Assembly: GCA_044892525.1 (NCBI GenBank)
Contig: CM097886.1
Span: forward strand, 33,108,001-33,172,000
Direction: 5' to 3'
Length of the DNA: 64,000 nt
Origin: Schmidtea polychroa
Taxonomy: Eukaryota
Numbering within the stretch: the stretch's first letter is position 1; every line of letters begins with the position of its first letter. Positions 9,501 through 22,600 of the stretch are shown here, one piece after another. The translations under genes were made by a program, and so were the position numbers. The notes under the pieces were generated by a model. That model saw only the letters and a list, made by a program, of their open reading frames with translations, searched no databases and was not told the origin of the DNA.

Positions 9501-10490
9501 TTTGTTATTCTGTCAAAATTGTTATACAGTATATTTCTTTCGAATAAAGAATGATATTCAATAGATAGTGATATAATTACATATCAGACAACACAGACTT
9601 ACAACTTGAAACCATTTGCGCTCACACATAGGACAAAGGTTAAGAGATTCTTTTCGTCACCCGAATTCATTAATCACAATTTGTGATACAAACTAATAAT
9701 TAGACTTTGTCGTTCATCGGAACCTTCGAAGGCGTCAAATATGACTGAAATTTTATCTGTTTCATAAAAGTTAAATTAAATGGTTTCCTTTATGATCGAC
9801 CACAAATTTTATGAATATAATCATCTTTAATTTCAAAAGTCCGAAGTCACTATAAGCCTGATAACTTGATTTCACTTCACAAATTTAAAGATTCATTTCA
9901 TTGAATATTGAATGTTTTAGTAGAAACCCGATAACCAACTTCCGTTGCTCAATAACATTGGACTTAAAATGGACATTCGTTACTGAGCAATAGAATGCCA
10001 TCATCCTCATTATCACTTATCCGTCTTTATTGGTTCCTCTTCCATAAATTCCTTTTCATTCTTCCATTGAGTATTCTGACTCATTTGGGCTTCGCAATTA
10101 TATTTTACCACTTGAAACCTACGTAATATACGGCGACTTGTAAAATTAAAATGGTAACTGTTAACTCCACAGGTTATTATTATTATTTGTAAACCAAAAT
10201 GTTAAAGTTATTCCAATAAAATAAAAATGAAGAAAAGTGAATCTAACCGAATCAATTGCAGTCGTAAGAAAGGTATCTGATCTGGAAAACTGTATTTTTT
10301 TAGTTTTAATGTCTCCTCTTGTACTTAACCGATAACTTCCCTTTTCAATTGTCTGAGAAGGGTCCACCAGAGACACTTGATAATTCAGCTCTGAAACCAA
10401 AAGTCTACATAAGCTACATGCAAAATCAGTTTCATAATTCAAAGATTCATTTGCAAATAAAATTAATATAAAAATTGATAACATTTTCAT
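6498..10490 (-). CDS. CNPY2: Canopy/CNPY2-like ER saposin-like protein; exon 1 10490-10248, exon 2 6818-6534 (or read-through to stop at 6498)
   Basis: Signal-peptide-like N-terminus, then CSLCRLLVSEL..VDPSQTIEKGSYR..FSRSD, matching CNPY2 CGACRALVDEL..VDPKKTIQMGSFR..YARSE. The phase-0 intron TCG|GTTAGA...TTTGTAG|TTATGT joins to LCKEMVKYG..KCDEFLDDYEDQL..LC..C. The exact paralog is uncertain. Confidence 0.85.
7486..7702 (+). mobile_element. PLE-type 3' end/pLTR repeat, copy 1 (homologous to 36637-36869)
   Basis: Shares long exact blocks with the 36.7 kb copy and contains a hammerhead motif. A PLE RT relic lies ~500 bp downstream. Confidence 0.65.
7644..7683 (+). ncRNA. Minimal type I hammerhead ribozyme motif
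   Basis: AGTA-CTGATGA-GAAC CAAAA GCTC-GAAAC TA GTC^TACT. Intact core, 4-bp proximal stem I, stem II with one A-C mismatch, palindromic stem III (ACTAGT), cleavage after 7678. Confidence 0.8.
8210..8400 (+). pseudogene. Degenerate Penelope-like RT C-terminal fragment
   Basis: Translation LNLDFSHTQRKQPNFLDIFV resembles the PLE RT NLKFT.E.....NFLDI motif; heavily decayed. Confidence 0.4.
9141..10130 (-). mobile_element. Degenerate pogo/Tigger-type DDE transposase relic in CNPY intron 1
   Basis: Minus strand gives ETDKISVIFD...NSGDEKNLLTFVLCVSANGFKL (about 9602-9770), matching the pogo DDE_1 pattern DET..FD...G.EK..T.VL..SA.G.KL. Many stops; edges approximate. Confidence 0.55.
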
Positions 10491-11208
10491 TTTGAAGTAT
10501 CATTAAAATTTCTCAGATATGCCTCTTTATATATTATTTTATATAAATCAATTTATAATTGCTTAATTAAATTAAATATGTGATGATGTATGTCAGTACA
10601 AATAAAATAATTAAATAAATAAATTTTAAAAATTTAGTATAGCCAGTGTTAGAAGAAAACATTAAATAAAAATATTTATTTAAGATATTTCAAACCAATA
10701 CTATTGGTAATGTTTCATATAGCGTAATCTAGAAAAATGAATATTGTTAGTTTAAGCGGTATTATCGATACAGGTCAAATATATAATGCACTTTCTTGCA
10801 CACTCAAACATTCAGTCATCAAATTGTGAGGTCATTGATAATATAATTAGCTAAACACGAATTATTATTTTATTACTTTGACGAAGTTTACGTTGCAGAG
10901 CTTTCTCTAAAACGTGAAACCTCGCAATTATTTCTAATTTTTCGAAAATTTGTTCTAAGTATAGACTGTATAGCAGCTATTCATTTGGTCAAATAAAAGT
11001 GTTTTTACATAAAAAAAGTTATAACTTTTGTCGACAGGTAAGCCATGACTGTTATAGCCACTAAAAATGTAGATTTTAGCATTTATTTTTAAAATATTAT
11101 TATTTTTAGTACGGTTACGTATTTACAAATAACAAGTGATATATTATTAAGCAAATCTTTCACATTAAACTCCACTAAATGAGCTTTCATTTAATAGTTT
11201 ATATCATT

Positions 11209-12187
11209 TGTTGAGGATACCTAAATAACAAATTTACAAATAAATAAAATTACTTATGGGAAGATTGTCATGACAAACGGGATGATCTATGGGGACTCAG
11301 AAAAGAAAACGGAAGTATAAAGAAATGAGAAATGAGAAAGAGGAATGAAACAAAATAAATCAGATATGATAGCAAAAACAAAGTTCAGTACTAATTAATT
11401 AGTACAAAAAGGAAAAGGAATTTTGACATCGGGAAAATAGAAAAACAACAATATTCTTATCTCGACAGCTTGTTATAGATATTCGGGATCAAAACGAAAA
11501 CTGGCCGGAGCCGCAAAAGAAAATTAGAAAATATCTCGACAGCTGTCAAAGATAACTCGTTCGCAGGAAAAATTGGGAAATCATGTTGGAGAAAAAATGG
11601 GAAATTGAAGATAAACTGAAGTGCCACAAATTAACGAAATATAAAAGGAGGTAGCACGACAGAAGCAGACAAAAATATAGAGAGAACAATTTAGAAAAAA
11701 AGTTAGAAGGAACAATCGAGAAACAAATTTGGGAAGGACCAGTTAGAGGAAATTTTGGGGATAATTTAGGGATATAATATTTAATTTGGAGAATTTGAAT
11801 AAAATTGAAGTGGAGAAATTAAAGAGAAAACAGAAATAAAGAGAAGCAGCAAAAGTTTATTTAGTGATAATAGAGTAAAGTTTAGTGAGTAAATCCAAGT
11901 CAAAATCAGAAAACAACAATCAGAATACAACATTACCAATTATTACACTCCTTAGTTGTGAGAGATTTGTCGAATCAAGGTTATACACGTATGCTATTCC
12001 TCACCATAGTATTGTAATAAACACTGTATAATCGATTGTTAGCTTGTTGAGCCAATTGTATCATTGTGAAAATATTTGTGATATTTAATAAAGTTTCCAG
12101 TGTTAATTGTTATTTGTGGGTCAGTCAAAGAAACGCTTGGAGTCAGAGTAAGAATTCTAATCTTATCACCAACCCAATAACACAACA
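11209..12187 (+). mobile_element. Solo LTR, family B (979 bp)
   Basis: TGT...ACA ends, 4-bp TSD CATT/CATT, AATAAA near the 3' end; homologous to 13611, 33813 and 41327. Confidence 0.88.
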
Positions 12188-12579
12188 CATTCTTCGGATT
12201 AGTTTGTAGTTTATCCGCTACGGGATTTTAAAATTGCCTGCATCTTTTAACACAATTTGTAAATTTGTTTTAAATTAAGCTAAAGAAATAAGAAATTCTG
12301 CTAAAGCTGCAATTCGTTTCTATTATCTCAAATGAAGCTAGTGTTATGACAAAAATGGAAAAGTTATTATCAGCTTGTATCAGCAATTATGTTTGGCACA
12401 CCGTATACAATTTAGCATCAAAATATTTAATAAATGTTTAATATATATTTTTAATTTTCAAACTATATAAATTTCATTTTATCGGTATATTTTTTATAAT
12501 ACATGAATTACTAATAACAATATACATATGTTAATAATAAATTAAATAAAAACTTAATGTTATAATGAATTTTAAAGAA

Positions 12580-13610
12580 ACCCATGGTTTTAGGTTTATA
12601 TTAGTTTTTAAAATCCCGAGATCAAAAATTATGACCGGGATTGAAAACCCGAGTTGAAATAAACGAAGTCATTTATAAATTAACAGAGAAATGTTTAAAT
12701 GTATTTAAAAGTTCTAATTGTGATTTTAAAATATCAAATACATGTGTTGAGCCTTGCGAACGACATGATGAATGCATTAGAATTCCGAATTAAGGAAAGA
12801 AGAACCGATTTATCAGGTTTGTTGCAATATTTGCACAGTGGTTATGCTAATAGTTCATCTTCCTCCACTGACCTATTCCGTGCTTTGAAGAAAATCACGA
12901 TAAAGAGACTCTTATTGAATATGGTGCAACGACTATTTATATCAGAATCAGATAATGAAAATGACGAACTAGGACAGCAGCATAGCGACGAAAATGTTAG
13001 TATGGAAGTTTCGATAGTAGAAGAAACCGAAGACGACGCCGATACAATTAAGCAACAAATGCAAAGAGCAATTGATCAGCATTTGGCTGTACCTGACAAA
13101 CTGAACACATTTTCTTCCGCATCTTTAATAATAGAAAAAACTTTAAAACGTGAGCTTGCTCAATTTGAAGATGATGGAAATCGCAGTAAATGGTTGGATC
13201 TTTGTTATGACACATTAAAATCAATTCCTCCTACCAGTGTGGAATCGGAGAGGGCGTTTTCCGTATCCGGAAACTTTTGTACAAAACTGAGATCATGATT
13301 AAGCGATGAAACGATTGATAATTTATGTTTTCTACGAGCTCATTTTAATAAAATTTAAAAACATATTTTTCGAGAATTTGTCTAATAAAACTTTAATATT
13401 GTTTTGTTAATGAATTATATTTTTAAATAAATATTATCTTTTTTATACATGAATTAAAATGAAAAAAAGGTAAAATTGAAAAAAATTTTACAAAAAATAG
13501 AAAAAAAGCAGTTACTTTTAAAACCCGATTAAAAACCGATTAATCGGTTTTAGTAAAATTGAAAACCGAAAAATCGGTTTTTACTTTTACAATACTTTTT
13601 GCAATCACTA
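12580..13610 (+). mobile_element. hAT transposon 3' remnant with truncated transposase
   Basis: ORF 12699-13298 ends IPPTSVESERAFS..KLRS*LSDETIDNLCFLR (hAT dimerisation domain with a premature TGA, probably from CGA). Subterminal AACCGA/TCGGTT repeats and terminal GCAATCACTA at 13610. Confidence 0.85.
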
Positions 13611-14585
13611 TGTTGAGGATGCCTAAATAATAATTTATAAATAAAATTACCTGGGGAAGATCTTCATGACAAACGGGACGATCTATGGGAACTCAGAAAA
13701 GAAAATGGAAGTAAAAAAAATGAGAAATGAGAAAGAGGAAGGAAACAAAAGAAATTAAACAAGAAAATAAAATCCAAGGTCAGTACTAATTAATTAGTAC
13801 AAAAAGGAAAAGGAATTTCGAAATCGGGAAAATAGGAAAAACAACAATACTCATATCTCGACAGCTTGTCAGTGATAACAGAACTGCTGGGAGAAGGTGG
13901 TTAAACAAAAAAGGAAAAGGGAAAATAACTTGACAGCCGTAGAGATAAAAATGGAACAGTCGGCGAAAGCGGGAGAAAGAAAGTGGAAAGCACTTGATTA
14001 TCTTGAGTGCCACAATAGAAGCAAGCTATATAAAGAGAAACTATTAGAAACAAAAGGAGACGAAAAGCGAGAATAAAGCGAGACAAAAAGTGCCGCGAAA
14101 TTGAGACGATTTGAAAGATAATTTGAGAGATAAAATTATTAGAAAAAAATTAGACAACGTCGAACGAAACGTTATTTGAGAAACGATTTGTGGAATAGAA
14201 TTGTAAAGAAAATAATTGTGAAGAATAATTATTGGAGAAGATTTGAAGAAAAGAATTAGTTGAAAATTAAACGAATAGAAGTTACTTGAGTATTTGAATA
14301 AATTTGTTAAGAAGGTCAAAGAAAACAAACAGCTCAAAGTCCCAGTTTATAAACCAATCAGTAATTTGTGATCTTTTAATCCGGTGTTATACGCAAGTGC
14401 TATTCTCACTGAGTGTTGTAATAATATAGTTGTAATAATATAGTCACCAAGCAGAGTGTAAAGTGAAAGTTTATTTGTGATTGTCAATAAAGATTTCTGT
14501 TGTCAATTGTTATTTGTGAATCGTATAAAAACTCGTTTGGAGTCAGAGTAACATTTAAATTTATCACCAATTCAATAGCCCAACA
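13611..14585 (+). mobile_element. Solo LTR, family B
   Basis: TGTTGAGGAT...GCCCAACA, homologous to 11209-12187. Flanks ACTA/AATT do not form a TSD; abuts the hAT end. Confidence 0.8.
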
Positions 14586-15238
14586 AATTTGTAACTTGCA
14601 GACTCGCTTCTGACGAATGTCCAATTGGTTAGTTTTTTAATTGATTTCAAATAAAGGTTAAAGAATGAAAACCGTGAGGTATACGGAAACCGATAATTAT
14701 TTATGGATCTATTTTAATGTCAAAAGATGAATAGAAGTAGAGAATTGAAGAAAAAATCTCTTTGGTCGTCCTAATGTCTGCCGCGCGAAAGTAGGTACTT
14801 CACCTTGAGAGAGAGAGTTATGGTAGAATATTGTTATTTTTATATTTTATTATGCACTAAATTTCAATAACAATAATTTACGAGTTCATTTATTTTCATC
14901 ATTTTAGGATATAAATTTATGTAAAATCGAAAATAATACTTTGATTTATAATTTGAAAGAATTAAACGAAATTGTAAATGAAAACCGACCAAAATTGACG
15001 AAGTTAAAACATTTTAATGACAATAATTTATAAATAAATAATTTTTATTTTTTAACATGAATTTTCTAAATATGTTTGTTAAATGCATTTTCATGAATTG
15101 ATTTACAAATTCTGTAGTTTTTTATACTTCACCAGCATTACTGCATAGGGTTATGTTATTTGTCAATTGAACTTAGAGTTTTCTGCCTGATTATCTGTTG
15201 TAGTTGGAGTTTTTCGTGATTTGTACCTTGGTAATAAG

Positions 15239-15677
15239 CAGTGGTGGGCTATAGGAGGCTCGCGGGGCTAGCGCGAGCCCTTTGTTAAATTATTCTAAGA
15301 TTCGGAGCCCCTTTTTCTTCTTAGTAACTATTTTTTCAAAAAGAAAATATAATACTTTGAAATCATTTTCATTACATATATTTGTAAAGCGACGAAGTCA
15401 TGCACATCAAGCAATGACGATTAAATTTGGAATATCACGACGCGTAACTAAATATTTTGAACATGAATGTACAATCACTCGATTACACACGATAAAGCAC
15501 AAAGCGCGTTACATGTTCTGGAGGCTTTCACACACAGTACGCACTCTAAACCAGTACACACATAGCGTTATAGAAGTGACGTTATAGGGGTGACATATTA
15601 CTAGGGTACTAGTTCATACGATTCTCGAGGAATAAAAAGAGCGAGCCCTTTGTTAAAAATTTCATAGCTCACCTCTG
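15239..15677. mobile_element. hAT-type MITE (439 bp)
   Basis: Perfect 8-bp TSD GTAATAAG; TIR CAG(T/A)GGTG(G/A)GCTAT; internal direct repeat GCGAGCCCTTTGTTAAA. Confidence 0.9.
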
Positions 15678-15697
15678 GTAATAAGAAGTTATATAAT

Positions 15698-16130
15698 TGT
15701 TGGGGTTGTTTGTGAAATTTAAAGTTAACAATTATTGATTTAACTCCAAAGAGTGCTTAGATTAACAACAATAACGAATTCCAGACAATATAAACTTTTA
15801 TTGATCAACACAATAAATTACCAGTTTGCAGCGAGACCAATAATAAATATTACAAGAATGACTTGAGTGCTTATTGCAACCATTCGGAAGGAATAGCACG
15901 TCTGAAATATAACTTGGAATTCACGACTTTTTCTAGTTTGGCGATTGGTAGAACTGATCTAGTTGCTCATTGGATTTAACTTGAAATCACTTGATACTCG
16001 CGATTAATAACTTGAATAATTTTTTTTAATATCTTTTCAGATCTAACAAGATTTTCTTCAATAATTTGGTAATTCGCTTTTTTCGCTTTTGCACTTCTCT
16101 TCACTCGTCCGTATTTTTCTTCTGAAAATA
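15698..16130 (-). mobile_element. Truncated, diverged family B-like LTR (3' part)
   Basis: Begins TGTTGGGGTTG and carries the family motif GGAATAGCAC at 15890; inner end approximate. Confidence 0.55.
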
Positions 16131-18181
16131 CATTTATACATGGAATTCATCTACTTATTACTGAGCATAAAAGATCAATTTCTAGAAATGACTTTTATAA
16201 AAGAAATATAATTAAAAATAATTCTTGATATGAACTCAAAATAACTAATAATAGTAAAATGAAGTAAATGATTATTTGACAAATTTGTTTTCAAAAATCT
16301 GCGGAGGAAAAGGATAAGAATATAAATAATTTTTATTCATTTATTTTTTTCTTATTTTGTAAATCGATGATAGCAATTTGTAGAGGAAATTGTTACGAAT
16401 CGAATGAAATTCATCGAGAATACTCATGAGAAATCGTAAAATTGTTTTTCCTAGTAGATCACTGAAATCTATTTGTAAAGAAACTTTTACGTACAATTTT
16501 GCTCCATACGCCTGCCACATCAATATAAGTTTCATTTGAGAATATTACCTTAAATGTATTTATACCAAAATTAATTTTAACTAGAGATCTAAATTTTATG
16601 AAAAACACTGTCCTTATCTAACTTTTTGTCAATTCAACAAAGGAATTGGCATTGGAAAATGAGCCTTTCTCTTCTTACTGTAAATAACTACCCGGTAGTT
16701 TCCGGGTAAAAAAAAATAAGAAAACAAAAATAGTTACTATATGTTGTTATTATAAGAAATTTTGGTTAATTTTTCAGTCTTATTACTCCGTTCCTAAAAT
16801 CATCAGAAGAAAATCTGAAGTATGAAGCATTTTCAAAGAGAAAGACAAAGCTAAATGCTATGATTGTGGAACGCCTAAGTTTTAAGAGGGTCAATAATAC
16901 AGGTTTAATTTACCATCTCAAACTCAATAGTATTTATATTAACACGTTAAACGCAGCAATACTAAAAATCAAATGTATTGTACATCTTATACGATTCGCA
17001 CGGCGATCAAAGTGTTAATACAGTTCAACTGTCATTGTTAAGGTCGGCAAATTAATAGTAGCGTAATTTTAGCAACTATAAATTTCTAATATTTAGGTTT
17101 TAAAATCTACCTAAAACTTCAAGTTTGATACCAGTCACTGATTTTTTCTTTCCTGCCCTTCATTTTGACTGGTCTTCTTCAAAATATAAATTAGGTGAAA
17201 CAACAATAATTAATTAAACTTACCTTAAGAAATTCTTTAAAATAATGAATTTCATTAGAAAATAATTAACCATTTGCGCTATATTGACGTGATATATCAT
17301 GATTTTTTTCAGAACTGCAAGTGACGTGCATACCACGTCGATAGTATTTGTCGCAAAAACCAAAACGACGTTCATACAAAAGTAGACTATTGATTAATAA
17401 AATTTATTGTTGTTGTGAATAATTATTTATATTCGTGTAAATCTTTTATTTAAGACCCTACCCTCGCGCTAAGTACTGGTCAAACCTCTGAGTTCGCTGA
17501 CGCAGTGAGGCGTAGATGCCTTACGATACTTTATATAGTAAAGCGCGGCTCAGCTACCGAAAATTAAATCATAACGCAAGTGGTTAAGAAAAAACAACTT
17601 AACAAAACTGAAATAATAAAGATAACATGTATTCTCCATGATAACTTGATCAAATAAAAAAAATATTACTTAATTAAATTAACTAAAACATTTTTTTTAA
17701 TATGATTACTTGTAAATTATAGGCAATATTAATATATGAAGTTTAAATTTATTAAAAGTCATAAAAGTTTTTATGAGAGTAAATAATTCTAATTTACTTT
17801 AATTTTTAATTTACAATATTCCTCAAATAACAAAATTAACTTTCTAATACACTTTAATTCATTATATTAAAATACGAGAAAAAGTTTATAAACTAATAAT
17901 TTAAATTAAGTAATGGATTTTTGATTTCATAGTAATATACTTTTTGTTTTGTTATTACATAAAAGTAATTTATTTACATTTGTTTTATTATAGTAATTGT
18001 AATTAATTTTAAATAATAATTTTCGAATAAATAAATCAATATAATTTTAGTTAGTTTTGATATAATAAAGTAAATAAATTAAAATATTAAATATTTATAT
18101 CATAAACTTTTTAATAATATTTCAGTAATATTAGTATTTGGCCGAATTTTCAAAACAATTACTATTGACCAATAATATATT

Positions 18182-18649
18182 ATGGCATCTCGAATGAGCA
18201 AAGATCGTTTGACAACTCTAATGAGAAAATTTAGAGACTTCCTTAGCAATGTAAACTTTTAATTTATATTATCTTAATTTTAATTCAATATTAGCGAGTT
18301 TATAATAATTCAATGAGATACGAAGGTTTGATTGCCCCAAGGTCAGTTCCACCAGCTAATCTTCCTGGAGGAGTTCACCATAAGTTATCTGACAATGATT
18401 ACTTAAAAAGAGATGCAAGAAATATAGTTGGCCATCCAAAATTAATACATCAAAGTAATATGCTAGTCATTGAACCAGGAAAAAAGTATTATTTATTTAT
18501 CAGATTATTCAAAATAATATTTATAAAGACCTGAAACAGAAAATAAGGAATTACCCAAAAGTTTTCCAACTCCAGGAAATGTTTTTCATTGGGATGGTCC
18601 ATCAACTGAGCTCGAAGGACTTTGGTATAAATATGATTCAAAGAAATAA
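18182..18649 (+). CDS. NDUFA7: NADH dehydrogenase 1 alpha subcomplex subunit 7; exons 18182-18250, 18295-18485, 18529-18649 (126 aa)
   Basis: MRYEGLIAPRSVPPANLPGGVHHKLSDNDYLKRDAR matches NDUFA7 [35 protein letters not shown]. Two GT-AG introns (44 and 43 nt) restore a 381-nt frame ending PTPGNVFHWD..KK*. Confidence 0.9.
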
Positions 18650-18828
18650 TGATGTAAAGAAATTTAGTGATTGAAATTAATAAATTTAGTTTGCACTTGA
18701 ATTTTTATTTGACTTGATTTGAAAATAAATTTGTCTTTATAGCTTTAATATTCTATTTTACTTTTTATTCTATTAACTTCGCTGATGTTTGTATATGCAA
18801 CGCAATTTTGTGAGGCCAAATTAACATA

Positions 18829-18925
18829 CTTTCCGTGATCGGATTGAGCTGAAATTTGGAAAGTGGATTTGTTGTCGAGAACGCTGCATGCTATCAAAAT
18901 TTCAGATCGATCCGATCATGGAAAG
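18829..18925. repeat. 29-bp imperfect inverted repeat pair, probably an interspersed-repeat fragment
   Basis: CTTTCCGTGATCGGATTGAGCTGAAATTT versus the reverse complement of AAATTTCAGATCGATCCGATCATGGAAAG. Confidence 0.6.
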
Positions 18926-19615
18926 TGAGTTTATTTAAAAACTATTGATATGTCAAATCTAGTGTTATTGCCTTATTTCAATATAAATTCTTATCCATTC
19001 ATTAACTTCGGATTAAAGGGATAGCGTAATTATATATAAAATATGTTGAAATTAAGAGAGTGAAATATAGAGTTTCGAAAACCATGTTTTTTCGGTTGGA
19101 TTTTTTCTAGAGTTATAAATTAATAACATGCTTCCAAACGTGTTTAAAATTCAGCCAAAACTTGGAATAACGGTCGTAAATTCTGAACTGCTAAAAAATA
19201 AACAAATATCAATGCAAAATGAAAGGTATACAGTAAAACTTCGTATTATGAGGTACGAGATACGAGCAAATTTAAAAGCATTGACTAGATATATAAGTAA
19301 AAATACCTAATGTTTAACTTAAAGCTGCATTCCTTACTAATGTATCACTTATAACAGCAGTGGCAGATTTTAAACTACACCAAAACCGCTACTGTGGTGA
19401 CAATGACATCTATTCACTTAACTGGCTCTCTCACTCGTGGATCAAGGAACAACAAGTCGGATAGGATAAAATCAAACAAACAGAGGAACCAAACAACGAT
19501 GGCTTTCTAACTACGAATGATCAGGAAGGGAGAACAGTCTAACAGGCGAGAATGGTGAAAGTAGTAAGAATTTATAAGTTCTATAATATGGCATTTTATA
19601 TTCAATTCAAAAATT

Positions 19616-20060
19616 TGTTGGGTATATTGTAAATGGTTGGGGATTATTAAATTGCCAATTACTCATTTGACTCCGAGCATGTTATTTAATAACGAAAAGG
19701 ACAAACCCCAACGACGTAAAACTTTATTGATTATCTCAAATGATTACAACAAATTCAATGATATCAATTTTCAACACACCTCAAATATTTCAAATGCTTA
19801 TTTCAACCCTTTGGGAGGAATAGCACAACAATGACAATACTCTAAGAACACAACTACTTGATCACTACTGGTAACGGGCTATTCACAAAATCCATCTGAT
19901 TGCCTTTAACTTAATTTGAGTTTCTCAACTACATCTAATTTACTAATTCATTACGCAAGTTTCTTCCAACAGTTTCCTGTTTCTCAACTATTTATTTTAA
20001 ATCTCCTCGTAAATTTAAATTTCTCACAATATCCTCAACAAATAAAAATTATTATGATTA
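19616..20060 (-). mobile_element. Old, diverged family B-like LTR fragment
   Basis: Begins TGTTGGG, carries GGGAGGAATAGCAC at 19813, pyrimidine-rich interior; edges approximate. Confidence 0.45.
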
Positions 20061-20515
20061 TTTTTCTAAGGTTTAAAACAGATAGAAGGATAATGAATAG
20101 GAAGGAAGGCTAATGTGGAAAGTAATGCAGCAAACGGGTGAAAAAATGATGAAATCTTCATCATCATCGTCATCAACTTGTTGTAGATTAAAAAATATAA
20201 AATTTTAATTAATTTTGCACTTTTATTGATTTTAGCCATTTTTGTTATGCTTTTTTTTATATATGAATTTTTGGTTTTTGCGCTAACCCCAACACATGGA
20301 TTTATTTACTATGGTGATATAAAATTATTTTTATATGATTAATTATAATTATTAATCAACGCATAACAAAAATTGAAAATAATAATTGAACTTATATATT
20401 AAAAATAAATAATTATTTAAAAAACTGAAAATTTAATAATATTAGTATTTGTTTATTTGTGATTCTTAAAATTCTGATTTCAGATATGTGACTCATGTTA
20501 GAATAATGTTTAGAG

Positions 20516-20770
20516 CAGTGACGTAGCTAGAAATTTTGGGTCCCTATGCAATGAGTCATAGATGGGCCCCCCTATACTGCATACACAAGTGAAATGGGTG
20601 CGGAGCACCATAGCGCCATAGGGAAAAAAATATTTGGCCCCCCTTGGAAGCACAATTGAATTAGACCAGGGTTTCCCAAACTTTCCTGCGACGGAACACT
20701 TCGTAACTCTCGAAATTTTGATGGAACACCTTGTTTATTTTGTACGGTATAAGACCAGTGGCGAAGGCCT
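20516..20770 (+). mobile_element. Three successive hAT-type left termini (20516, 20667, 20756)
   Basis: CAGTGACGTAGCTAG, CAGGGTTTCCCAAACT and CAGTGGCGAAGG, preceded by TAGAG, TAGAC and TAAGAC, which resemble hAT target sites. Confidence 0.55.
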
Positions 20771-22600
20771 ACCCAAGATTTTTTTTAGAGGGAGAGGAGA
20801 GTGTTAATTGAAAGAAGGGCTTATAGTTAAAGAGGAGTTTTGCGCCGCAGGCGAAACATTTTTTTGGGTCCTTTTTGGAAAGACGATTTAATTAAATAAT
20901 TAGAGCTCATTATACAATATAACAGTATAAATCATTATAAAATGATAGTAATGTTTTAGGGACAAATGTGTATAGCCGACAAGCAAAACAATTTTTTCGA
21001 CCCCTATATGAATGGGCGATTTACTTAGATAACTAAAGTTGCTTGTTTATACAGTATATTATTAGCGAGGGAGAGGCAGAAGGGATTGCTAAATAGGTGA
21101 AATGCAGGTAAATAATGTATTTAATGCAATAAGTAAACAAAACAAAGGAGCTTTATTACATAAAACCACAAATCGATTATTTCATTTGAATACAATTTCT
21201 TGTTAAAATTACTAAAATATAATTAAATATTTAGCAATGCAGCAAAAACTGTAAAATATATACAGTATTAAAAACTAAAAAATTGAGAATATGTACATTT
21301 AAGCTGAAAACTTACCAGCTATGAAAATCCTGAATTTAAATTTTACAAGTTTTAAATTAGAAATTAGAAATTCTTTTTTCTTGCTTTTAAGTTTGCAAAC
21401 TCATTGAGTAAATCTGCATAATTCATTTTCGCTGCTTCTTTGTGTTCAATAGATTGCTTTGGCCAATAGAATTTCTTTTGTGTTCCTTTATAATTTTCAA
21501 TTTGCTAAATGAGCGTTCGACACCAGCTACTGTAACCGGAAGTGTCAAGAAAACATGAAAGCTGTATATATTTCAGAAAATTCACTTTCTAAACAGTTGT
21601 ACTTTGTGAGAAGCAGGTTAAAAAAAGTTTTTATAGTCATTTTTTCATTTAATTTTTGTCTTATTAGACAAATTGCATCCAGAAACTGAATGTGAAACTC
21701 TGAGGTGATCACTTCTGGGTATTTCTTTTCGAAGTTTGAGCATAATTTTAAAATGTCTGCTTCAGGCAAATTGACAATGTTTTTAGGCTCAAGAAATCCA
21801 AAATTTTTAACAATTTTTAAACAATTTATAAACAATTTTTAATAAATTTTAACAATTTTTCTTAACAAAATTTTTAACAAACGCTGCTTAATCTGAGCAT
21901 TTATTTTGTCCAAAACGAAATAAAATACTTCAACTTTGAATAATTGTTCCTTGCTGTCAAAGTGATAATCTGAAGCTAACTCATCAAAATGTCGTCGAGT
22001 GCATGGCTGTCGTTTTGGTTGAAAATAAGTGTCAATTCTCCACTTTTTGGCTTGTTTTACAACTTCTAATTTCAGTTGTTCATACGATTTTCTAGAGTCT
22101 TGGATATTCTCACTGACACGATTTAACACAAGAGACGCTTCATCTAAGTCAATGTCTTTCTTATGCAGACTTTTGGATGCATAATTAATTTCGCACATGA
22201 TTTTATATAAAAATATACTCATAAAAAATCTAATGTCTCCATCTTTTTCTCTATTTGAATTGCCTCATCTCGCCCTTCCTTTTTCTGGATTTAAGACTGA
22301 TTTCATTCAAAGCTTTCAATATGTCAACAAAACGAACTGTAACAGTTGCTAGGGACTGTATTCTACCTGACCAACGACTTGGATTAAGGTTTTTTAAGGT
22401 GATCTGTGGCTCGCCACTAAATTCAGAAAGAAGATCCCACCTCTTTATACTGTTTCCAAAAAACGCATATATATTGTGAAGAGTGGAAAAATATAACGAA
22501 ACTGCGTAGCAGTCACTAATGCAGTCATTAATTACTAAATTGAGATTGTGACTGGCGCAATGCACATACTCTGCATTTGGTCGAATCCGTTTAATCCTTG

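Noticed and set aside
12190-12420. Relic of Ty3 RNase H on the minus strand
   Set aside because: Only short NIIAD/NPVAD-like words, with no continuous frame.
13786-14337. ORF-track entries inside solo LTRs and across N gaps
   Set aside because: These are by-products of strand-biased LTR sequence or of Ns, not genes.
11209-14585. Single LTR element bounded by the two family B LTRs
   Set aside because: The first LTR has its own TSD, the two LTRs are clearly diverged, and the interval is a hAT remnant.
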